This document shows positions 1 to 7,848 of a stretch of DNA of 64,000 bases, in pieces; the first letter of the stretch is position 1; each line of letters begins with the position of its first letter. The position numbers were made by a program, and so were the translations under genes. The stretch covers positions 2,592,001 to 2,656,000 of the forward strand of contig OY969934.1 in the NCBI GenBank assembly GCA_963704725.1. Direction: 5' to 3'. The DNA comes from an uncultured Actinomycetes bacterium. GTDB lineage: Bacteria > Actinomycetota > UBA4738 > HRBIN12. The notes beneath the pieces were generated by a model. It saw only the letters and a list, made by a program, of their open reading frames with translations. It did not search any database and was not told the DNA's origin.

Positions 1-732
1 GATGGGCTGGGCCGGGGGTGACGATCCCAGGCTCACCAGCCGGAACTCGTCCTGCCACTGGAGCCAGTAGCCGCCGGGCGGCCAGGCGAAGTAGATGTCG
101 CGATACACGCCGTCGACCCGCACATTGATCTCGGACGCGCGAGCGCCGTCCCCGCTCAGGAGATGGACTTCATCACCAGGCCTGACCCCGAGCTCGTTTG
201 CGATCAGCTCAGGAAGCCAGACGCCGTCGCCGTCGACCCCGGAGAGGCGCTCGACATGAGCGAGCACGCCGGGCGATGCGAACAACCGGCCCGCCTGTGT
301 TCCCGCTCGTCCCTCGAACGACAGGGCGACAGGGTCACCCAGCACTGCAGCGAGCGGGCCTCCCAGTACAGGACTTCCCGAAGCAAGCCGGCCGAAGGCG
401 TCGTTCAACTCGCGGACTGCGGGCGTTTGAAGCCCGTCATTCACACGAACCGGATCGAGCGGAAGGCTCTTGAACGTGTAGGTCAGGCCGGCCAGGTACC
501 GCGTGATGTTCGGCCGATCGATCGCTCCCCTGATCAGATCGCTGGAGGTCGCCGACAAGAACAGCGGGTAAGCCGCCGCCGCCAGCACAAGGAGTAGCGC
601 CCCCGCCACAGCGGCGGCAAACAGCGCTGGATACCTAAGCTGCACGAACGGGGCCCGCCGCCAGATCGCACCCTTCCGGCGAGGCGGACGCCGGACGCGG
701 GCCTGCGAACGGGCGGCTGCGGCCCCGCTCAC
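1..732 (-). CDS. FtsX/MacB-like ABC transporter permease, N-terminal part (truncated by window edge)
   Basis: Missing from the ORF track because no stop falls in the window. Read manually from GTG 732: VSGAAAARSQ...WRRAPFVQLRYPALFAAAVAGALLLVLAAAAYPLFLSATSS...GVWLPELIANELGVRPGDEV...VRVDGVYRD. One N-terminal TM, and the 'A..LGV.PGD.V...V.GVY' pattern typical of FtsX-family extracellular domains. Confidence 0.65.
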   Translation of the reverse strand, partial: MSGAAAARSQARVRRPPRRKGAIWRRAPFVQLRYPALFAAAVAGALLLVLAAAAYPLFLSATSSDLIRGAIDRPNITRYLAGLTYTFKSLPLDPVRVNDGLQTPAVRELNDAFGRLASGSPVLGGPLAAVLGDPVALSFEGRAGTQAGRLFASPGVLAHVERLSGVDGDGVWLPELIANELGVRPGDEVHLLSGDGARASEINVRVDGVYRDIYFAWPPGGYWLQWQDEFRLVSLGSSPPAQPI

Positions 733-955
733 TGCAGCCGATCTCTCAAAGGGCTATGAAGGCCAGTCCCAGGGTACTGACACGTACCCCTTCGATGGCC
801 GACGTGTGTCGGTTCTCGGCACAGGCCACCTGAGGTCAGGTCGCGCCGAGGCCCCCCAACTCGGCGCGGAGACACGCCCCAGGCGGACAGCCACGTCAGG
901 CCGACCCCGTGGACCCTGGCCACCACGAAGTCCAAGAGGGCCACTCGTGGGCTGA

Positions 956-1207
956 TCAGCAGGGGACCGTGAAACACTGCCCCACATTGGTGTTGCAGAT
1001 GCAGCCCGGATTACACCCCGTGCACGTGTATGCGACGGTGCCGCCAGAACAGCTCTTGCAGCTCGATCGGCAACACGTCGTGGCAGCCTGAGCGGGCACC
1101 GCCTGCGACAAGATGCCAAGTCCAGCCCCCACCGCCGCGATTCTCCCTGCGAGGCGAAGGAACCGCCTGCGACTTGGTGACGCGACGCCATCGTCATCTG
1201 CGGCCAC
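956..1207 (-). CDS. Tat-signal, cysteine-rich secreted peptide precursor (83 aa; predicted 42-aa mature peptide with 10 Cys)
   Basis: Strong RBS AAGGGAGGT before GTG 1207. SRRRFLR twin-arginine motif, hydrophobic stretch, AQA|A cleavage site. Mature sequence ATTCCRSSCKSCSGGTVAYTCTGCNPGCICNTNVGQCFTVPC. Confidence 0.85.
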   Translation of the reverse strand: MAADDDGVASPSRRRFLRLAGRIAAVGAGLGILSQAVPAQAATTCCRSSCKSCSGGTVAYTCTGCNPGCICNTNVGQCFTVPC

Positions 1208-1233
1208 GATCGACACCTCCCTTCCTGCTCCGA

Positions 1234-1833
1234 TCACGTGAGGGCCCGCACGTCGTCGCCTCCGATCTTCACCTCCTCTCCGAAGGCCACACCGACAAGC
1301 CGGGCCAGTTCCGACACGGTGTTCGGGAATCCCTTGCTGGCAACCATGCCCCCTCGATCAAAGACAAAGGCATGAGGTGTCGATGACGTCTCGAGGGCTC
1401 GTGAAACATCTCCGTCATCCTGATAGAGGACTACGGCGCCCGTCCGCTGGAGCAGCGCTTCGTCTGTTTCGGCAAGATGGCCCTCTGAAACGACAAACGT
1501 GGAGATGGGGAGACCATCCGCGTCGGTTGACTGGATCTCCCCGATGAGCTGTTTGCACGGCCCGCAGGAGGGATCAACAAGCAAGAGAACGCCGCGCTGC
1601 GCTAGCATTCTTGAACTCTCGAAACGCCTTCCCTGCCGGTCGCGGACGCTGAACCTCGCAATTCGGCTCCCAACGGATATGCCACCAGCTGCGGATGCGG
1701 CGCTGCCTTTGATGAGCCTCTCTGCCGCCTCAAGAAGCTGAACGCTCCGGCGGAGGACGCCCGCAGTGACGAAGGCGTTCAGGCAAGTGACCAGCGCAAG
1801 GAGTGCGAACGCGACGATCCACGGCCAACTCAT
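1234..1833 (-). CDS. MauD/TlpA-like membrane-anchored thioredoxin-fold protein
   Basis: ATG 1833 overlaps the upstream stop (ATGA), RBS GGAGG. N-terminal TM, VDPSCGPCKQL (CxxC) and TPHAF cis-Pro loop. Confidence 0.8.
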   Translation of the reverse strand: MSWPWIVAFALLALVTCLNAFVTAGVLRRSVQLLEAAERLIKGSAASAAGGISVGSRIARFSVRDRQGRRFESSRMLAQRGVLLLVDPSCGPCKQLIGEIQSTDADGLPISTFVVSEGHLAETDEALLQRTGAVVLYQDDGDVSRALETSSTPHAFVFDRGGMVASKGFPNTVSELARLVGVAFGEEVKIGGDDVRALT

Positions 1834-2414
1834 GACGCCTCCAATCCCTGCGAACTCCTGGCCCGGCGGTGGGCGCTCAAGAACGCGCCGGTCGCCAAGG
1901 CGAGCCGCCACAGGCAGATCGTCAAGAGTCCGGACAGAGCGACGCCCAGGAAGTCGGTGCCGGGAAGAGCCTCCCCGGCTGGACTCCGAAGTGGGGCCCA
2001 AAGCCCCACGTCGTTACGGGTGGCGAACACGGCAATCGCCGCAGCAAGTGCAATCAAGCCGAGGTTTCGACTGACGGTCCACCAGCTGATCAACCTTGAA
2101 GAATCACCGAAGCAGCCGCAGGGAACCCTCTCGCCCCGACGGAGGACGATCACGACCGCACCCGTGAAGCCCAGGAGAATAGTCGTGGTCAGCACCGCCA
2201 CCCATGGGACCGCGGCCCCCAGCAGCAGTCCGAAGCCCAGGAAGACTTCGGAAGCCGCGACGGCGAGCGCTACCCCGGGAACGACTCTGGCCGGGACGAG
2301 CCGATATCGCCAGACCGCCTCGCGGTACGAGGCGCGGTCCAGCAGCTTGATGGCGCCCCCGGCCACCAGGAGGCCGCCGAGGACCAAACGACCTGCGAGC
2401 AGGAAGCCTTGCAT
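1830..2414 (-). CDS. MauE/DoxX family redox-associated membrane protein
   Basis: RLVLGGLLVAGGAIKL start, several TM segments, and the PCGCFG...VSRN motif characteristic of MauE. Confidence 0.85.
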   Translation of the reverse strand: MQGFLLAGRLVLGGLLVAGGAIKLLDRASYREAVWRYRLVPARVVPGVALAVAASEVFLGFGLLLGAAVPWVAVLTTTILLGFTGAVVIVLRRGERVPCGCFGDSSRLISWWTVSRNLGLIALAAAIAVFATRNDVGLWAPLRSPAGEALPGTDFLGVALSGLLTICLWRLALATGAFLSAHRRARSSQGLEAS

Positions 2415-3344
2415 GCTCCCCCACCGCGACGTACGAAGTGCCGATGAGGGTTGCACACCTGAGCATCGAGGCGCAACCCACTCATTCGACCTACGTCGGG
2501 CCCAGGCCGCCCGCCTGAGCAAGACCCGGCACCCTCCGGGTTAGGCAGTCGGCTCTGTCTCCACAGAATCTCCCCCTTGTCCCCGCCCGGCGACACGCCT
2601 CCTCGTCGACTCGCCGTGCTGCCGGTCCGAACAATCCGGTTAAGGGCCACGGTCCCCACCCCAGTCCCCCCGCGCTTGCCGAGACTCCACGATTTCTCAC
2701 CCCCTCGAGAGACGGTCCTCGCCTTAGCTCCAGGCACGAAGGGGGACTCGATGGGGAGTGAATGGGGAGTCGGACCCGACAACATCGGCTCGACAACCGA
2801 AGAGGTCTCGGCGATCCACTGGTTCGCCGCGAGCAGGCTCCGAAGGCGACGGCACGCTCGCCACCGGCGGTCGGTTCGGGCAGATGAGCGGAGATGCGCG
2901 GCAGCACCGGCGCGACGGTCAGGGACGCGAGCCGGACGAGCGAGCATACGGCCCCGAACCCGGGCACCTCATGGCGAGGCGCGCTCGAAGAAGACGGAGG
3001 CCGGACGAACGCTCGGACGGCGAGCGGACGGACCGGAGCACCCGGTGGGCCCGTGGAGGTCCGCGGAGTGATGCCCGCGCCGGATGCCGAACGGCGAGCT
3101 CGGCCGGCGGCTGAGGAAGCGTGCACGGCGGCGATGAAGGAGGTGAGCACGGGCACGAACTGGAGATCCGTCGACCTGACGGTGAGTGCGCTTGCGCCCT
3201 GGCGCGGCGTCGCGCTTCCCCATAGCCGTGGAAACGGCGCGTGGGCGGCGCGACGGCGCCGGGTGCGGGAGCGCAAAAGGCCAGGTCACGGGGCCTCTTT
3301 GCCGAAGGCCACCCACCGAAGGAGGGGGGAGCTGTGCCCAGAAT

Positions 3345-4331
3345 ATGGTTCGAGCAGAACGAAACGACCTTCACCGCGTGGTCTCGCTCGATGAACGAGA
3401 CCACGCGATCTTCCTCAGCCTGCTCGAGCACAAGGTCCTCACCACCTACCAGATCAAGAACCTCTACTTCCGCTCCTTCAGACGAGCCCAGCACCGGATG
3501 AAGGAACTGAGAGATCTTGATCTGGTCTCATCGTTTCAGGTGGGGAGGGGTTTCGGGGAGGGGAGGCCGCCAGCGTGCTGGTACCTCACCAAGCCCGGCC
3601 TCGTCGAGATCGCCGACGCCAAGGACGTCCGGGTCTCCGACCTGCCCTGGGTCCCCGATCACAGCTACCGGACGAACAAGATCCTTGCCCACCGCCTCGG
3701 GGTCAACGCGTTCTTCTGCGCCCTCGCCGAGGCCTCCAGAGCCCACGAGGGTCACTGTCTCGTCACCTGGCGGCCCGAACACTGGGTCCGCACCAGGGCC
3801 GCGGAGGTCAAGCCGGACGGGTTCGGGCGGTACCTGCACCCGGGCGGCGCTTGCGAGTTCTACCTGGAGTACGACCGGGGCACCGAGGCGTTCGGCGCGC
3901 TGTCGCGAAAGCTCGCGGGCTACCTCCGGCTCGCGGCGGGGTGGACGAAGGAGCAGGAGCTTCCGGGCCTTCCGAACCTCCTCATCATCGTCCCGGAGGG
4001 GGTGCGCGAGGGGGAGGTCGGCTCGGCCTTCCGTCACGCCACCGGGAGCCTGCACGTCTCGGGCCCGCTCGCGACCTCGTTCCCGCTGTACGTGGCGAGC
4101 GAGGACGTCCTCACTGAGCTCGGCGTGCTCGGGGCCGTGTGGAAGCACCTGCCCACCGACGGCGATCGCCTCTTGCTCCTCGACCTGCCGGCCCAGCCCC
4201 GCGACCTCCACCAGTCCGCTCGATGCCTCGGCCGGCACTTCACAGACGCTGACGCCGGCCAGCGTCGTCGGATCTCCCCTGTCTCGACCACACCCCGATT
4301 CCGCGCCCTGCCGCCCCGACATGCCCCTTGA
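3345..4331 (+). CDS. Replication-relaxation family protein
   Basis: DERDHAI..LEHKVLTTYQI wHTH-like start, HRLGVNAFF, and VKPDGFG...FYLEYDRGTE..KLAGY (PD-(D/E)xK-like) motifs. Confidence 0.85.
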   Translation: MVRAERNDLHRVVSLDERDHAIFLSLLEHKVLTTYQIKNLYFRSFRRAQHRMKELRDLDLVSSFQVGRGFGEGRPPACWYLTKPGLVEIADAKDVRVSDLPWVPDHSYRTNKILAHRLGVNAFFCALAEASRAHEGHCLVTWRPEHWVRTRAAEVKPDGFGRYLHPGGACEFYLEYDRGTEAFGALSRKLAGYLRLAAGWTKEQELPGLPNLLIIVPEGVREGEVGSAFRHATGSLHVSGPLATSFPLYVASEDVLTELGVLGAVWKHLPTDGDRLLLLDLPAQPRDLHQSARCLGRHFTDADAGQRRRISPVSTTPRFRALPPRHAP

Positions 4332-4573
4332 CCCCGCGCCGCGCGAATGCGCGCGGGCTCGAGGACGACCACGATCGCCGTCGCGACGGGATCACCCCGG
4401 CATCGGCCGACGAGCACGACGCCCCGGGAGCGACACCTGCCCGGACTACGCTTGCGCGTTCGGCGACGGGACGGCCGGAGCCACCCAAGCCAGGAGCTCT
4501 TCGACCCTTGGCCCGAGCCCTGGTCGACCTGGCACTGGCACTGGATCACGAGAACGAGGAGGACGAGCGATGA
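4328..4573 (+). CDS. Small hypothetical protein coupled to both neighbouring genes
   Basis: TTGA overlap with the relaxase stop and ATGA overlap with the recombinase start. C-terminal amphipathic helix LARALVDLALAL. Confidence 0.4.
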   Translation: MTPRRANARGLEDDHDRRRDGITPASADEHDAPGATPARTTLARSATGRPEPPKPGALRPLARALVDLALALDHENEEDER

Positions 4574-6150
4574 ACGCGGTGATCTACCTCCGGGTCTCGA
4601 CCAAGGAGCAGGCCTCCAACGACGAGGCCGGCGAGGGGTACTCGATCCCGGCCCAGCGGGAGGGGTGCCTTCGCCACATCGCCGAGCGAGGGTGGAGCCT
4701 CGCCGGGGAGTTCACCGACGCCGGCGAGTCGGCCCGCACCGCCGACCGTCCGCAGCTGAAGGCCATGCTCCGCCGAGTGGCCGAGGGCGGGATCGGAGCC
4801 GTCGTCGTCCACAAGATCGATCGGCTGGCCCGCTCGATGGAGGACCACGTGGCCATCAGGGCGGCGCTGCGTCACGCGGGGGTCCAGCTGGTGTCCGTGA
4901 CCGAGAACATCGAGGAGACGGCCTCTGGGCGCCTCGTGGAGGGCATCCACGCGCTCATGGCCGAGTTCTACTCGGCCAACCTGGCCGGTGAGATCCGAAA
5001 GGGCATGACCCAGAAGGCCAAGATGGGCGGCTGGCCTACCAAGGCACCGATCGGCTACCTGAACGTCCGGGAGAAGACGGCCGGCAAGGACATCGCCAAG
5101 GTGATCCTCGACCCCGAGCGAGCCCTGCTCGTCCGAGAGACGTTCCGGCTGTACGCCACAGGCGACTACTCGCTTCCCGAGCTGCAGGCGGTGATGCACT
5201 CCAAGGGGCTGACGTCCCCGTACGCGAGGAGGCCGGGCGCTCCGGTCTCGATCTCCAAGCTCGCCGAGCTCCTGGCGAACCCCTTCTACCTCGGGGTCGT
5301 GCAGTGGGGAGGCGCCCGGTATCCCGGCCAGCACAAGGCGCTCATCCCCCAGAGCCTGTTCGACCGGGTCCAGGAGACTCTGCGGGCTCGCGACGTCGCC
5401 GGGGTTCGCCAGCGGCGCCACGAGCACTACCTGAAGGGGCTGCTGCACTGCGGGGAGTGCGGGAGGCGCCTGTCGCTCACGCTCGCCAAGGGCAAGTACC
5501 TCTACTTCTACTGCCTGGGCCAGCGAGGGACCGCGCGCACCGGATGCCGCCAGCCGTACATCCTGGCCGGGGACGCAGAAGCGCTCGTGGAGGACCTGTA
5601 CGAGAGGATCCAGCTTCCGCCCTCCTGGGTGAGCCGGCTCACCGAGGAGCTGGAGGCCGAGATCGTCGAGCGGCAGGCCGAGGCCTCGGAACGCCGGGTC
5701 CTCCTCACGAAGACGCTCGCCAAGGCGGCCGATGAGCGCGGCAAGCTCCTGCAGGCTTTCTACGCGAACGCGATCCCGCTCGATCTGTTGAAGACGGAGC
5801 AGGACCGCATCGGCATCGCCGAACACGCCGCCAAGGACGAGCTCCAGTCGGCGGAGGGCGACCTCGAGGGCTGGCAGGACGTGCTGGGGACCGCCATCCG
5901 GCTCGCCGGTAACTGCCACGCTGCCTATCTGAAGGCGCGACCCTCGGTGCGACGACGCTTCAACGACGCCGTACTCGAGGCCGTCTACATCAAGGATCGC
6001 AAGATCGGCCGGGCGGAGTTCTCTGAGGTCTTCGCGCCTGTCTTCTCTCGGCCGAGTTCGAATAAGGCACTGAAAGTGGAGGCGGGGGGAATCGAACCCC
6101 CGTCCTCGGGCGTCCACTCGGGTCTTCTCCGGGCGCAGCCGGCGGGTTGA
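4570..6150 (+). CDS. Large serine recombinase (integrase)
   Basis: RBS GAGGAGG. YLRVST catalytic motif, KIDRLARS, recombinase domain, zinc ribbon LLHCGECG...YFYC...C, and coiled coil. Confidence 0.95.
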   Translation: MNAVIYLRVSTKEQASNDEAGEGYSIPAQREGCLRHIAERGWSLAGEFTDAGESARTADRPQLKAMLRRVAEGGIGAVVVHKIDRLARSMEDHVAIRAALRHAGVQLVSVTENIEETASGRLVEGIHALMAEFYSANLAGEIRKGMTQKAKMGGWPTKAPIGYLNVREKTAGKDIAKVILDPERALLVRETFRLYATGDYSLPELQAVMHSKGLTSPYARRPGAPVSISKLAELLANPFYLGVVQWGGARYPGQHKALIPQSLFDRVQETLRARDVAGVRQRRHEHYLKGLLHCGECGRRLSLTLAKGKYLYFYCLGQRGTARTGCRQPYILAGDAEALVEDLYERIQLPPSWVSRLTEELEAEIVERQAEASERRVLLTKTLAKAADERGKLLQAFYANAIPLDLLKTEQDRIGIAEHAAKDELQSAEGDLEGWQDVLGTAIRLAGNCHAAYLKARPSVRRRFNDAVLEAVYIKDRKIGRAEFSEVFAPVFSRPSSNKALKVEAGGIEPPSSGVHSGLLRAQPAG

Positions 6151-6426
6151 TCTCACCTCGAGGCTCCCGCCGGCGGAGCACCTCTCGGCCAGCCCGGGTG
6201 CGATGTCCGGCGGCGGCCCCCGGGCGGAACCGTCTCCGTAAGCCTGCTCACGACGCCCGACCCCGAGTCGCAGGCGGACCTGGGCGGACGGCTGCCTAAC
6301 TCAGTTAGGCGGCGAGCGCGTAGTTATCGGCGCTTGTGTTGATCCCGGCTTTTCACGAGGCATCCGGGGACCTCGGCCCGCTTCCCCCGAGCGGTTCATC
6401 GCTCGAGTCGAAGCCAGTACACCCCC
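6077..6426 (-). ncRNA. ssrA: tmRNA
   Basis: 5' GGGGGTGTACTGGCTTCGAC and 3' GGGGGTTCGATTCCCCCCGCCTCCA form an Ala acceptor stem with G3:U70 and a T-arm. Internal tag ORF present; gene lies directly downstream of smpB. Confidence 0.95.
6305..6331 (-). other. tmRNA proteolysis tag reading frame (A)ADNYALAA*
   Basis: GCC GAT AAC TAC GCG CTC GCC GCC TAA, ending in the canonical YALAA. Confidence 0.85.
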
Positions 6427-6444
6427 ATATGCAGTTGTTCACCG

Positions 6445-6450
6445 AGTATA
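6445..6450 (-). promoter_or_regulatory. Probable -10 box (TATACT) of the ssrA promoter
   Basis: TATACT about 19 nt upstream of the mature tmRNA 5' end. Confidence 0.6.
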
Positions 6451-6456
6451 CGGCGG

Positions 6457-6931
6457 CTACCGACGCCGCCCCGCCTCGCGCAGCATCTCGCGCTCGTGCT
6501 CGCGCTCCGCGAGCGCCTGGCGCTTCTCGTACTGGCGCTTGCCACGCGCCAGCCCGAGCTCCATCTTGGCGATCCCGTGGACGAAGTAGACGCGCAGCGG
6601 CACCAGTGCCAGTCCGCGCTCCGCAGTCTTCCCGATCAGGCGCTCGATCTCCTTGCGATGCAGGAGCAGCTTCCGAGTCCGGATGGGGTCGTAGACGCGC
6701 TTGTCCATGGCCTGCTCGTACGGCGGGATGTGCATCCCCTCGATCCACACCTCGCCGTCGCGGACCCTCGCGAACGACTCGGCCAGCGAGCCGCGGCCCG
6801 CCTCGAAGCGACTTGACCTCGGCCCCGGTGAGCACGATGCCGGTCTCGAAGTGCTCGAGGATCTCGTAGTCGCGCCGGGCGCGCCGGTTGGAGACGACGG
6901 TTCGCTCGCCGGGGTCCGCCTTGGGGCTCAT
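6457..6931 (-). pseudogene. smpB: SsrA-binding protein SmpB with a single +1 frameshift near 6801 (true lesion or sequencing error)
   Basis: NRRARRDYEILE..ETGIVLTGAEVKSLR lies in one frame and GSLAESFARVRDGEVWIEGMHIPPY...RKLLLHRKEI..GLARGKRQYEKR in another. Length 475 nt = 3n+1. Confidence 0.85.
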
Positions 6932-6942
6932 GACGCCGGAGC

Positions 6943-7848
6943 TTAGACGTCGAGGAAGCGGCGCATCCCGACCAGGCCGGCCAGCAGCGCCACGGCGACG
7001 CCGGCGACGATCAGCCACGGGATCACGGCGATCACGTCCGAGTTCGTGACCCACGGGATGAACTGGATCGTGCCGTAGAGCGGGTTGATGAAGAAGACCT
7101 TCATCCCGAACAGGAACAGGATCGCCGCCGCCGCGCCGATCAGGCTCTCGAACACCCCCTCGACGAGGAACGGGATCCGGATCCGCCAGTTGGTCGCGCC
7201 GACGAGCTTCATGATCCCGATCTCCTTGCGCCGCGCGAACAGACCCATCCGCACGGTGTTGGCGATCAGGATCGACGCCGCGACGAGCATCACCAGCGCC
7301 ACCAACAGCACGCCGACGCGGAAGACCCTCGTCACGGAGAAGAGGCGATCAAGGAAGTCGCTCTGATCCACGAGCGTGTCGATCCCCGGCGTGGCGCACG
7401 CGTAGCGCCCCTGATCCTGCTCGCAGCCGAGGACGGCCGCCACCTCCCGGAACCGTTCCGGATCGCTGAGCTTGACCCGGAGCGAGGCGGGGAGCGCGTC
7501 GCAGTCCACGTTGTCGACGAGCGCGCGCTGGTTGGCGAACAGTTCCTTGAACCGCGCGCAGGCGTCCTCCTTGCTCTCGAACGTCACGTCGTCGACGACG
7601 TCGAGCTCGGAGATCGTCTGGGTGATCGACGCGACCCGGTTGGGGTTCACGGGGTCGCTGAGGTACACGGCGACCTCCACGTTGCCGGTGGTCGCGGAGA
7701 TCATCAGGTTCACCTGGCGGCTGATCAGGAGCGCCAGGCCAAACAGCAGCAGCGCGATGAACGTCGTGCTGATCGCGGCGAACGCGACGAGCCCGTTGCG
7801 GCGCAGGCCCGACGTCGTCTCGCGGAAGAAGTACTCGAACCCCGCCAC
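6943..7848 (-). CDS. ftsX: Cell division permease-like protein FtsX
   Basis: YFFRETTSGLRRN start, LIANTVRMGLFARRKEIGIMKLVGATNWRIRIPFLVEG; follows ftsE. Confidence 0.95.
   Translation of the reverse strand: MAGFEYFFRETTSGLRRNGLVAFAAISTTFIALLLFGLALLISRQVNLMISATTGNVEVAVYLSDPVNPNRVASITQTISELDVVDDVTFESKEDACARFKELFANQRALVDNVDCDALPASLRVKLSDPERFREVAAVLGCEQDQGRYACATPGIDTLVDQSDFLDRLFSVTRVFRVGVLLVALVMLVAASILIANTVRMGLFARRKEIGIMKLVGATNWRIRIPFLVEGVFESLIGAAAAILFLFGMKVFFINPLYGTIQFIPWVTNSDVIAVIPWLIVAGVAVALLAGLVGMRRFLDV

Larger units (their letters stand above)
1..6105. mobile_element. Integrative element inserted at the tmRNA 3' end; left boundary lies outside the window
   Basis: Large serine recombinase runs into the tmRNA 3' end, next to a replication-relaxation gene. 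Cargo at 1-2500 looks more A/T-rich than the flanking core genes (by eye). The second att site is not visible. Confidence 0.8.

Noticed and set aside
729-977. 82-aa ORF between the peptide and the permease
   Set aside because: It overlaps the peptide gene out of frame, has no RBS, and its composition is not protein-like.
959-1084. Homology of the peptide to plant thionins/crambin (TTCC start)
   Set aside because: Only the first few residues resemble them and the remaining Cys spacing differs, so homology cannot be claimed without a structure comparison.
956-2414. Methylamine dehydrogenase (mau) cluster
   Set aside because: The Cys-rich ORF is far shorter than MauA and has no Trp for TTQ; no mauB or mauG is in view.
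2491-3494. Several ORFs between mauE and the relaxase
   Set aside because: Arg/Pro/Gly-rich frames with no recognisable motif; treated as non-coding or decayed.
3517-4569. 877-aa version of the integrase
   Set aside because: The N-terminal extension is an off-frame read of the relaxase gene. The true start is ATG 4570, with an RBS and the YLRVS motif.
6077-6110. tRNA gene
   Set aside because: The T-arm and acceptor belong to tmRNA: no anticodon arm, the matching 5' end is 350 nt away, and a tag ORF is present.
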